Below, one piece after another: positions 48,901-57,268 of a DNA stretch of 64,000 nucleotides. How positions within the stretch are numbered: position 1 is the stretch's first letter; every line of letters starts with the position of its first letter. A program made the position numbers and the translations under genes. Origin of the DNA: Cyanobium sp. (GTDB lineage Bacteria; Cyanobacteriota; Cyanobacteriia; PCC-6307; Cyanobiaceae); the NCBI GenBank assembly GCA_046075505.1, contig JBJTQH010000133.1, positions 61,497 through 125,496 on the forward strand, written 5' to 3'. Under the pieces are notes generated by a model. It saw only the letters and a program-made list of their open reading frames with translations. It was not told the origin of the DNA and made no database searches.

Positions 48901-51900
48901 TGTTCCTCGAGGTGGATCCCCGCTCCAGCCAGGTGGTGGACAGCGACGTCGTGATCACGGCCGGCAGCGGTGTGCAGTCCCTCGCCGGCCTGACGCGGTT
49001 CAAGGCCAACAGCGGCGCTGCCGAAACGAGCAGCCTCGATAGCGATGGCATCGAGGAGAGCAGCACAGCCTTTGCCAATCAAGGCCAGACAGGGGATTTC
49101 AGCAGCACCTGGTCGGGCTATCTCTATATTCCGGAGAATGGCAGTTACAACTTCAGCATCCCTGTGCAGGGAGGGGTCAGGTTCCGCCTCGATAATCAGG
49201 TGCTGATCGATAAGTTGTTTGATACACAGAGCACCTGGAGCACCGGCCCGCTGCAGCTCAACCGCGGCGATTTCCTGGCGATCACCCTCGATTACCAATC
49301 CTTCAACACCAGCGCCCCCAGCGTTGCACTGCAATGGAGCCGGCCCAGCGATGGCGGCACGACCACACGGGAGGAGGTGGTGCCGAGCCAATACCTGAGC
49401 CGCACCGATGGCTTTACATTGTTGATTCCCAAGGGCAGCAGCAGCGGCAGCTTCACAATCGAAGGAGCACCGGACCAGGTGGATGAAAATAATGAAGATC
49501 TGGTGACATCCCTGCTCGAAAGTCACGGGGTTGAAATCGTTGTGAAAAAACAAGTCAGCACCAGCCAGCTGACGGTCACGCTGGCCACCACCGACCGCGA
49601 ATCGATCAATCTGGCCGCAGGCACGGTGCTCACGTTCGGTGAAGATGTCGCCAGCACGAGTGAAGCCAGCGAGGCTCAGAGCAGTGCGATCGCCACATTC
49701 ACGCTCAGCTCTGCTGCCACGGTTCACCGTGATCGCAGCACCACACTGACGGGAGATCTGGTCTGGACAGCCGATGGACAATCCAGTCCCTACAGCAGTT
49801 CCATCGTCGGTCTGGTGGCTGGTCAGGGTAGCGGTCTCTACCAGGTTCCCGATCCCACCGTCATGCTGACCCTGACAGCACCCCTGACGGCCAATGGATC
49901 CACGGGCTATCTCGCCAGCCTGAAACTGGAGGTCACCAACTTGGGCGGCATCACCCTGGCTGCCGGCACCATGCTCACCTATGTGATCGCAGGTAGCGAC
50001 GGCGGAACGGACAGCGAGTTCATCGCCCTGGAACTGACGAACACCCTCACCCTTCAAAGCGGAGAAACACGGAACAACGTTGCGGTGAACCTGCTCGCCA
50101 AGAGCAGCACGCTGGATCCCACAGCGACCGATACCCCGCTGCAGGGTCTGAGCAGTGCCTATGAGATTCCGAACAGCTCTGTGGTGCAGCTGAAGGATGA
50201 CGACACAGCCGGACTGCTGTTCTCCCTGGATGCGGCCGGCACCCAGCCGATCGATGCCAGCCGCGTCAGTCTCAGCGAACAGGGCTCGAGTCTCACCCGC
50301 TACGTGCGGCTGACCAGCCAACCCGCAGACACGGTGACCGTGACTGTGGAAACCACCGATGCCAGCGAGGCGCTGCTGCAGGTGCCGGGCAGCGATGCTG
50401 CATCGGCAGGGGCTCGCGTCGCTCTCACCTTCACGCCCGGCGACTGGCAGAGCGGCCAGGCCTTCACGATCCTGCCCGCCGACGACAGGCTCGTGGATGG
50501 GGCTGTGGATGTGGATCTGCGGGTTCGCAGCACCAGCGGTGACAGCTTCTACGCCATCAATGAAGACGTCTTACCCAGGCTGCCGCTGAAGGTGAAGGAC
50601 AACGACACGGCGAATCTTCTGGTTGAACTGCAGCAGAGCAGCATCAGCAAGGCTGGCAATGGTTTCATCAATCTGAGTCTCACATCGCAGCCCACAGACG
50701 ATGTCATTGTCAGCCTGATTCCCGACGACGAGCAGTTCACGATCAATGACCGCAGCATCGGGCGGGGCGAAACACTGGTGTTCACCCCCGAGAACTGGTC
50801 CACAGTTCAGAGCGTGTCGCTATGGGCGGTGGATGACAACAGCGTCGAAGAGATCAGCTCCAGCCAGCTGCAGATAGGCATCGCCTCCAACGATGCAGCG
50901 TTCAACGCACTCAGCGACACCTCCGTTCGGATCGACATCGTTGACAACGATCCACCCCAGGCTCAGATCGCCCTGGTGAGCGACAGCAGCGAAGATGCAA
51001 GGCCGGGAGGCTTCCAGATTGCCCTCTCGAATCAGGCGCCAAGCTCGGAAGGATCCACTGGGATTCTGGTGAATTATGAGATCACAGCTGTCAGCCTTGA
51101 TGCGACCTCCGTCTTTCCATCCACACCATCAAGCATCGATGAGATTACCCAGTCACCTGGCGCTATCACCGGCCAGGTGCGGATCGCTCCAGGCAAGAGC
51201 AGCAGCGATGTGATTGTGGTGCCGATCGACGATTTCGTGGCGGACAAGGAAAACAAACGCTTCACCGTACAGCTGAAACCCGGTGATGGCTACAGCGTCA
51301 GCAATGACAGCGCCACCAACAGTTCCACGGTCCAGATCATCAATAACGATCAGGCCGGTGTGGTGCTCTTCACCTCCGGTGAAAGGGTACGGGTCAAGGA
51401 ATCTGGCGGTGAGGCCACCTACCAGCTGGCTCTGCTCAGCCAACCGACGGCGGATGTCACAGTCACCATTGGGGAACTGATCCCGAGCGGAGGCAGTCGC
51501 CAACTGGGAAGCAACAGCAGCGCTTATTCCGAAACAAAGACCTTCACCCCCGGCAACTGGTACATCCCACAGCAAATCAGCGTTCAGTCTTACGACGACG
51601 CCAGGATTGAAGATGGCGACGGTGAGAACAAGTTCTCCGGCATCCATGCTGCCCAGTTGAGCTACAGCTTCAGCAGCAGCGACAGAAATTATGATACGGC
51701 CAGCAACAAGGAGAACGCCAGCTACTTCACCAACACACTGCAGCAGACGGTGGACGTGGTCGACTATGAGCTGCCTATTGAAACGGCCAATGCTCTGCAG
51801 TCATCGCTGACCTCGCTGCAGGAGGGTATCGAAAGCCTGTCGCTGCCCATTGTCGGCAGCCTCGATGGCAAAACGGGTGGTGGCCTGCGCAAGTTCATCA

Positions 51901-54900
51901 CCAACCTGGTGGCCAAAGTGCGTGACATCGGCACGCCAACCCCCAGCAAGCTCAGCCAGCTGCTGAGCAAGGAAATCGCCGGAGCTCTGGGGATTCCGGA
52001 AAATGCAGTGACCGTGAGCCTGACGATGCAGGGAACCGAGGCCGTTGTTGTCGGCTTCCAGTTTGCCGATGCGTACGAACTGTTCAGCGTGCCCCTGGCG
52101 GCCGACTTCGGCCTTCCGGGCCTTGGCTTCAAGACCGAAGGCACACTGGACGCCGCTTTCAGCTATGGCGCCGGCCTGGAACTGGTCCTACATCGCAATG
52201 GCGACATCTATCTTAATACCGAATCAGGCAAGACCTATCTCAACGCCAATTTCAACACCAGCCTGTCACCCGACTTCAGGCTGACTGGGGGGCTCGGCTT
52301 TCTGCAGTTGGATGCGCGCAATCAAGCCAGTCCCAATGATGATGTCGTCATCAATGACGAACCGGCCAGCACCGAGCTGAACGCCTCGTTTGATCTCAAT
52401 CTCAACGGTGGCAGTGACGACAAGCTCTCCATCAGCGACCTGACCAGCATCGATCTGGAGGGTGTGTTCCAGTATGCGGTCAATGGCGATGCCGCCATGT
52501 CGTTCGGCGTCACCACCAGTGTCAACGGCTCAGCAGCCATCCCGTCGTTCAGCTTTGATCTCTCCAGCAAGCTGGCTCTCTTTGATTATTCCAATTCAGA
52601 CGAAGCAATCGATTCCAACAATACAAGGCCTATCTATTTTGACAACATCAAACTCGATCTCGGTTCCTTCATCACCAAGATGATGGATTTAATCGTGGAT
52701 GGACTGGACTCGATCCTGAATCCGCTCTATCCAATCGTGGATGCACTCTACAGTGACACCAGGATCTTCGACACGATCGGGATCGCCAACACCATTGACA
52801 CCGATGAAGATGGTGCTGTGTCGGCCATCGACCTGGCCTCCTGGTTTGCCAACTTTTACGCCAAGATCGACGCAGGTCAAGGCGAGCGACTGAAGGCCTC
52901 CATCGATGCCACGATTGAATTCCTGGACATGATCAAGGGCGTCATGGATCTGATCCGTGACCTGAGGGAAATGAGCGAGCAGGGCAACTTTTATGTCGAC
53001 TATGGCAGTTATGAGCTGCAAGAATTCAGTGCCGCTGATGCCTCTGCGACTACAGATGATCAGGATGCTGAAGGCAATTCCAGTCTTATTGATAACAATG
53101 CCGAGAATCTCAGTGATGACACCGCCAGCCAGGCCGCTGAAGGCGGCAGCAGCGAAACAGGAAGCAAGAGCAGTAAGTTCAGTGAAATCATGGCCCAGCT
53201 CGAGGAGCTCGGATTTGTTATCCCACTGATCGATGATCCCAAGAATGCGATCAAGCTGCTGCTCGGACAGGACGTTGATCTGTTCCAATGGACCATGCCC
53301 GGCATGGGTATGGAGTCGGAGATTGAACAGAGCTTCCCGATCTACCCAGGCATCGAAGGCCTGATCGAAGGAGGATTCGGCGTCGATGCCAACATCGGCT
53401 TCGGATTCGACACCTACGGCCTCAATGAGTGGAGGAAGAGCGGCTTCAAAGGGAGCGAAGCCTGGAAGGTGTTCAATGGCTTCTATGTGTCCGACTGGCT
53501 GGACGGCGAGGATGTGCCGGAATTCAGCCTCGACGCCACGATGGGGGCCGGTCTGGGCTTGTCCGCCTTGGTGGTGCGAGCCGACATCACCGGCGGCCTG
53601 GAAGCGGCCGCCAGTTTCGATCTGCTCGATGAGGGAGAGATCGCAGGCCAATCGGATGGCAAGATCCGCGGCACCGAAATCAGCAGCAACATCAGCAACC
53701 CGCTGGATCTGTTTGAGCTGGTTGGCAGTCTTTCAGCCTATCTGAAGTCCAAGGTGCAGGTGGGTATCGACATGGGCTTCTATTCAATCTGGGATACAGT
53801 ATGGAAGGAAACACTCGCCGAAATTCCCCTGTTTGAATTTGGGGTTGGTGGTAGCTACGGCAGCGGCACTGTATCCAACGGGTACATGCAAGGCACCACC
53901 GTGTTCTGGGATAGCAACCGAAATTTCACGCTGGATTCCTATGAACCCAGCAGCGTCACCACTCAGGATTCCCACTACAACCTGCGCATCGAGCATCGCA
54001 GCTTTGATCGCAATCGCAACGCCAGGATCGATCTCGCGGAAGGTCGCCTGATGGCCTTCGGTGGCGTGGATCGCAGCACGGATCTACCGCTGGAGGTGCC
54101 GTTCCTGGCACCCCTCGGAGAGATGATGACGCCCCTCACCACCCTTCATACCCTGGCCCTGGAGGCGGGCTACGACGAGGAGGCCATCTCTGCCTGGATG
54201 GATCAGGCCTTCGAGCTGGATGGCTTCGATTACCTCCATCGGGATCCGGTCCTGGAGCTCAGGCAGCTGGGGTCGGAGTGGTCGACCTCACAGCTCGCCC
54301 CCCTGGCTGCCTATATCGCCCATAGCAAACTGCACTTCGGCTGGGATGTGCTGGTGCATTCGCTCCAACAGTTGCTCTCAGAGCACTATCCGAACGATCT
54401 TGAAACGGAAGTGGAGCTGATCAGCGCTTTCAGCCAGGAGCTGCTGGCCCTTCCGGCCGACAGCCCCATCGATGATCGGCTCGCCAACGCTGCCCTCGGC
54501 ACGATCGCCCGACAATCGCCTGAGCTTGCCGCCGACCTCGCTCCCCTCGCCGCACTGGCGGCGGCTCTGGCGGCCAATGCCAACTGGGATCTCTGCCAGA
54601 AGATGGATGCTCTGTTCAGCTCAGCCCAACAAGGCAACCTCAGCCTCAGCGAGGCTCTGCGATCGATCAACAAGCTCAAGCAGGCTACCTTTGAGCACTA
54701 CCGCGCCAGCACCGACAGAATCAGCGAGGGGCTTTACGCCATCAGTGATCCCACAACACTCAGGCATACCGTTCAACAACGTCTGACCAGCATCTACAGC
54801 CGCTTCGTCAAGGATCAGGCTCTGCAACCTGGCTCCGGCGATCGTGCCGCCCATCGCCTCCAGGTGCTGGCCAGGCCCGAATGGACACTCTCAAGGGGAG

Positions 54901-56150
54901 CCACGCTCACCACGACACCGTTCTCGTCGCTCCACTCCCTTGCCCAGGAGGGAGTGAGATTGAGCGGAAATCAGCTTGACTTCGGATTGCGGCGTCAGCG
55001 ATCCAGCGACAAGACCTCCGAGGCGGATGCGCAGACCAGCACTCGCGTTCTGATGCATCAGGATACCTTTGAGATCCCCAACAGGGAAGACGGCACAGCC
55101 TTGGCTTACTACAGCAAGACCGATCGCAACCCCCGTCCATTCCTTTATACGCCTAACAGCGAAACAGGAGCTCGCTTCTTCGACCTTGGCTCTGATCTGG
55201 GTCCTGTACTGGAACTCAGCCTTCGCGATGGCCAGCGCGGCGATCGTGATCCCCACCCCGATGTGATCGGCGCAACCGGCGCGATGGCGACACTGATGCA
55301 GACGCATCACTTTGTCGAGACAAGCCAGGCCAATGTCTTCGGCATCGCTGCCAGTGACACCAGCCATGCCAAGAACAACCATGCCAGGAACAACCAGGCT
55401 GCAGCCGTTTTTGTCGGAACAAGGATGCTCAGCGCTCCCAGCAGCTCGAACCAGATCGGCTGTCTGGTCCTGCGCCGGCGGGAAACCTGGGATCCCGAAG
55501 CCATCACACTCGGCGACTTGAAGGAGCGGATTCACCTTCTCGGCGGCACAGTGGCAGGCAGCCTGTCTTCCGAATTCGGCCCTGGGATGAAGCTGCGGCG
55601 GGATCTGCAGCTCACCAGCGGACATCAGGTCGTGTTCCTCGAAATCGTGGACAGCAGCCTGGAGGATCTGGGACCCGCCCACGCCTCCCTCGCCAGCCTG
55701 GGAACCCGGATCGTTCCGCTCGAGAGCAGGCGGCCGGCCTCAGAGGATCAGCTGCGGCTCCATTCACCGCAATCGCAGCTGAAGCTCAACCTCAGCCTCA
55801 GCCACGGCGCCCCGGGGCTGGACGGGTTCCTGGCCCGTCAGCAGCATCAGCTGCCGGTGCTCGATTTCAGCGGCCTCGCTGATATGACGATCGAGGGCAG
55901 ACTGCAGCTCAGCGAGGAAGGATCAGGGAAGCGAACAGTGGGCTTCTACGAAGTGCTCGATGCCAGTGGTGCCGTCAGGGATCCACTCACGGGCCGAACC
56001 GTACGACCAGGTGAGGCCGACTACCGGCGCGCCGCCCTGCACGCCGAGAATCTGTTCGCGCCCTTGAGCGGACTGGAAGCGGGCCATCCTCAGAGCTCCA
56101 GCCGCAACGTCTTGATCCAGACCGATGCGATGCTCGCCCCTACGCTGTGA
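45975..56150 (+). CDS. giant-locus segment B: 3391-aa repeat protein (Calx-beta-like and SQP-type beta-sandwich repeats, LamG, two PA14, large unassigned module, DUF4114-like tail)
   Basis: Uninterrupted 10.2-kb ORF. Calx-beta pattern (..GSDY..IREGDETVTLKL..TINDS); LamG (ISAEAWVRR..WNHLAYSVDAHGLASLYVDGE..GVGIWNAARSQDQI); PA14 (FSVRASGQIQ..VLSDDGVRVKVNG..YYEHTGYAQLQL and WSGYLYIPENGSYNFS..GGVRFRLDN..ALQWSRP). Confidence 0.9.
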   Translation: MLTDSYAENTESVTLTLGNGSGYGISNGSQTLTIGDDPFVVSLEKGQDASEGGSSDADLGWFTITSNKAAPSGGLRIRYEISGGTAERGSDYHAPKATLSTTNFNPENIVVLPSNATSTQIYISAITDAIREGDETVTLKLIPNVETDDKGFSFQRYSIDSSNSQATLTINDSTAYSPNLVVTPADRTGVATIRAQLLNGTQQAAFDVRLTSQPQAAVTIQLSGPAGSQLSSQQLSFSSSNWTQPQRITVTNLASNQASVVNLSSSSSDSRYTGLSTSQQIIPSSWPSDLQLNLWEGGALVPGQPPASVQALDGSEGSNDRLGFELILGSPVVGNPIELLYQLSGGAGFLLDGSTADAVHTPERTYLPLVLNNSSSSGGFAYAEFSGLSTVSNSGEISAEAWVRRDAVTTAAGVLEFTDSNGFNLISLGFHEATGKPTLEIRDPAGTRLLRLIAEGELGLQEWNHLAYSVDAHGLASLYVDGELAKQGQLSYGSGLKISLYEGKQFESLRNTSAATSIDFNDSVDTAEGGDGETFSVRASGQIQARSNGDNAFAVLSDDGVRVKVNGLLVVDNWTDHGATWNSFTVPNLVAGEWYDIEIEYYEHTGYAQLQLADQPNGTPITALRHVPLYTGTRSLNSIGRTAVGSNGTGYLSGAVRGVGIWNAARSQDQIQASMLAAAPAGTGLISGLPLNGSTANSVQGGPAAVLRSGSTNKAAFATTPFHGLQVPAGASSVSLPIVPIDDLTAEGTEGLSLTLLDAGRYSLGVGADRATAELSDNESAAVQFLTDGAPTSSGTDTTPDTAWSSSAQFRVREEDVAEESITLLGIRLGSQPSAPVTLTLDPASFQSSELNVFNPADPGAASVALLFNPDSWDQVQTLHLQGVDDNRDDDDKAQTLRFSVGSSDAVYAGLQPSISVLTLDDDASEADPSLATDQSATAPLISLSSPNRTSINESGNDSATFTISLPQAASEETLVFLEVDPRSSQVVDSDVVITAGSGVQSLAGLTRFKANSGAAETSSLDSDGIEESSTAFANQGQTGDFSSTWSGYLYIPENGSYNFSIPVQGGVRFRLDNQVLIDKLFDTQSTWSTGPLQLNRGDFLAITLDYQSFNTSAPSVALQWSRPSDGGTTTREEVVPSQYLSRTDGFTLLIPKGSSSGSFTIEGAPDQVDENNEDLVTSLLESHGVEIVVKKQVSTSQLTVTLATTDRESINLAAGTVLTFGEDVASTSEASEAQSSAIATFTLSSAATVHRDRSTTLTGDLVWTADGQSSPYSSSIVGLVAGQGSGLYQVPDPTVMLTLTAPLTANGSTGYLASLKLEVTNLGGITLAAGTMLTYVIAGSDGGTDSEFIALELTNTLTLQSGETRNNVAVNLLAKSSTLDPTATDTPLQGLSSAYEIPNSSVVQLKDDDTAGLLFSLDAAGTQPIDASRVSLSEQGSSLTRYVRLTSQPADTVTVTVETTDASEALLQVPGSDAASAGARVALTFTPGDWQSGQAFTILPADDRLVDGAVDVDLRVRSTSGDSFYAINEDVLPRLPLKVKDNDTANLLVELQQSSISKAGNGFINLSLTSQPTDDVIVSLIPDDEQFTINDRSIGRGETLVFTPENWSTVQSVSLWAVDDNSVEEISSSQLQIGIASNDAAFNALSDTSVRIDIVDNDPPQAQIALVSDSSEDARPGGFQIALSNQAPSSEGSTGILVNYEITAVSLDATSVFPSTPSSIDEITQSPGAITGQVRIAPGKSSSDVIVVPIDDFVADKENKRFTVQLKPGDGYSVSNDSATNSSTVQIINNDQAGVVLFTSGERVRVKESGGEATYQLALLSQPTADVTVTIGELIPSGGSRQLGSNSSAYSETKTFTPGNWYIPQQISVQSYDDARIEDGDGENKFSGIHAAQLSYSFSSSDRNYDTASNKENASYFTNTLQQTVDVVDYELPIETANALQSSLTSLQEGIESLSLPIVGSLDGKTGGGLRKFITNLVAKVRDIGTPTPSKLSQLLSKEIAGALGIPENAVTVSLTMQGTEAVVVGFQFADAYELFSVPLAADFGLPGLGFKTEGTLDAAFSYGAGLELVLHRNGDIYLNTESGKTYLNANFNTSLSPDFRLTGGLGFLQLDARNQASPNDDVVINDEPASTELNASFDLNLNGGSDDKLSISDLTSIDLEGVFQYAVNGDAAMSFGVTTSVNGSAAIPSFSFDLSSKLALFDYSNSDEAIDSNNTRPIYFDNIKLDLGSFITKMMDLIVDGLDSILNPLYPIVDALYSDTRIFDTIGIANTIDTDEDGAVSAIDLASWFANFYAKIDAGQGERLKASIDATIEFLDMIKGVMDLIRDLREMSEQGNFYVDYGSYELQEFSAADASATTDDQDAEGNSSLIDNNAENLSDDTASQAAEGGSSETGSKSSKFSEIMAQLEELGFVIPLIDDPKNAIKLLLGQDVDLFQWTMPGMGMESEIEQSFPIYPGIEGLIEGGFGVDANIGFGFDTYGLNEWRKSGFKGSEAWKVFNGFYVSDWLDGEDVPEFSLDATMGAGLGLSALVVRADITGGLEAAASFDLLDEGEIAGQSDGKIRGTEISSNISNPLDLFELVGSLSAYLKSKVQVGIDMGFYSIWDTVWKETLAEIPLFEFGVGGSYGSGTVSNGYMQGTTVFWDSNRNFTLDSYEPSSVTTQDSHYNLRIEHRSFDRNRNARIDLAEGRLMAFGGVDRSTDLPLEVPFLAPLGEMMTPLTTLHTLALEAGYDEEAISAWMDQAFELDGFDYLHRDPVLELRQLGSEWSTSQLAPLAAYIAHSKLHFGWDVLVHSLQQLLSEHYPNDLETEVELISAFSQELLALPADSPIDDRLANAALGTIARQSPELAADLAPLAALAAALAANANWDLCQKMDALFSSAQQGNLSLSEALRSINKLKQATFEHYRASTDRISEGLYAISDPTTLRHTVQQRLTSIYSRFVKDQALQPGSGDRAAHRLQVLARPEWTLSRGATLTTTPFSSLHSLAQEGVRLSGNQLDFGLRRQRSSDKTSEADAQTSTRVLMHQDTFEIPNREDGTALAYYSKTDRNPRPFLYTPNSETGARFFDLGSDLGPVLELSLRDGQRGDRDPHPDVIGATGAMATLMQTHHFVETSQANVFGIAASDTSHAKNNHARNNQAAAVFVGTRMLSAPSSSNQIGCLVLRRRETWDPEAITLGDLKERIHLLGGTVAGSLSSEFGPGMKLRRDLQLTSGHQVVFLEIVDSSLEDLGPAHASLASLGTRIVPLESRRPASEDQLRLHSPQSQLKLNLSLSHGAPGLDGFLARQQHQLPVLDFSGLADMTIEGRLQLSEEGSGKRTVGFYEVLDASGAVRDPLTGRTVRPGEADYRRAALHAENLFAPLSGLEAGHPQSSSRNVLIQTDAMLAPTL

Positions 56151-56344
56151 TCGGGACCGGCAAGAACAGCCACACGTACTTTGCGATCCCAGCTGCCAAC
56201 TCCGATCAGATTCAGCATGTCCAGATGCCGAGCCAGAATACGTTTGCCTTTGAGGCCAGCCATGGCGGTGTTGATCGCAACTTTACTGATGTCGTGATGT
56301 CTTTTCAGCCGCTTCGCCTCATCGCTCCAGACCCCACCAGCTGA
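56147..56344 (+). pseudogene. detached C-terminal piece of the giant locus (end of a DUF4114-like domain) in the -1 frame
   Basis: TYFAIPAANSDQIQHVQMPSQNTFAFEASHGGVDRNFTDVVMSF matches the DUF4114 pattern as I recall it (YF.f..aNpDg.dH...lg.NtFgFED..ggD.DFND.v). It continues the domain begun at RTVGFYEVLDASGAVRDPLTGRTVRPGEADYRRAAL in segment B. Confidence 0.65.
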
Positions 56345-56356
56345 CGTCGCCGCGTT

Positions 56357-57094
56357 GTGATGTCCACGGTCATCACCCGCTCGCTTCGCTCGCCTCTCCC
56401 CCTGTGCTTCTTGGCCCGCCCGGCAGAGGTGGTCGCCCCCGAGCTGATCGGCTGCCTGCTGGTGAAGCGCCAGGCGGATGGTGCGTTGCTGTGGGGTGTG
56501 ATCGTGGAAACGGAGGCGTATTCGCAGGAGGAGCCCGCCTGCCACGGCTACCGCCGCCGCACCCCCAGCAACGACACCCTGTTTGGTGAGCCCGGGCGTT
56601 TCTACGTCTCCATGAGCTACGGCATGCACCACTGCGTCAATGTGGTGACCCACCGCTCCGACTGGGCCAATGGCGTGCTGCTGCGGGCCGCCTGGATGCC
56701 TGCGGAACCGGAGCGCACCTGCGGCGGCCCGGCCTTGCTGGCGCGGCGCTTCGGCATCGATCGCCGTCACGACAACCAGCCGCTTCTTCCCGATGGCGGT
56801 CTGTGGCTGGCTCCCCGGCCGCCGGAGCTGGCGGCGTGGCTGACCTACAGCGCCCAGCCGTCACCCCTGGTGCAGAAGGGCCGCATCGGCATCCGCCAGG
56901 CCCAGGAGCTCCCCTGGCGCTGGTATCTGCGCTGCAGTCGCAGCGTCAGCCGTCGCGCTGCCGGGGATCGGCCGCCCCGCGGCGATGGCCTCAAGGCCCT
57001 GCTGGGCGATCGGTGGGATCCGCTCTCCACCCTCCCATCGGCCGGCCATCCCATCGCAGGCCAGTCCGATGAGCTTGGACGCCAGCCCGTCTGA
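56357..57094 (+). CDS. mpg: DNA-3-methyladenine glycosylase (Mpg/AAG family)
   Basis: [61 protein letters not shown]. Confidence 0.88.
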   Translation: MMSTVITRSLRSPLPLCFLARPAEVVAPELIGCLLVKRQADGALLWGVIVETEAYSQEEPACHGYRRRTPSNDTLFGEPGRFYVSMSYGMHHCVNVVTHRSDWANGVLLRAAWMPAEPERTCGGPALLARRFGIDRRHDNQPLLPDGGLWLAPRPPELAAWLTYSAQPSPLVQKGRIGIRQAQELPWRWYLRCSRSVSRRAAGDRPPRGDGLKALLGDRWDPLSTLPSAGHPIAGQSDELGRQPV

Positions 57095-57268
57095 GCCCAG
57101 CCGATCGGATCCAGCCGGTCTGCAACCGGCCGCTCTGGGCCTGCCGATCTGAGCCAGTCGTTCCTGAGCAGGCCGATCGGCAACGGGCGCTCTGAAGCCG
57201 GCACCACCGCCTCTGCTGGCCATCGCTCAGATGGCGCCTACGGTTGGGATCGATCCGCAGCATCCCTG

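Larger units (their letters stand above)
43440..56350. other. low-GC genomic island containing one giant surface-protein locus
   Basis: Hand-counted 60-nt lines give 30/60 and 26/60 G+C inside, against 47/60 in the core at 12301. The borders are hisIE and mpg. Confidence 0.75.

Noticed and set aside
47454-50321. 955-aa minus-strand ORF inside the giant gene, plus smaller antisense ORFs such as 45960..46847 and 52689..53651.
   Set aside because: The plus strand carries clear PA14, LamG and Calx-beta-like signatures across the same span. The antisense translation has no motifs.
45975-56150. RTX-type T1SS substrate (GGxGxD nonapeptide repeats, C-terminal secretion signal) or a sortase/PEP-CTERM/S-layer anchor in the giant protein.
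   Set aside because: No tandem GGxGxDxUx repeats or recognisable sorting motifs were seen on reading the full translation. The C-terminus is DUF4114-like instead.
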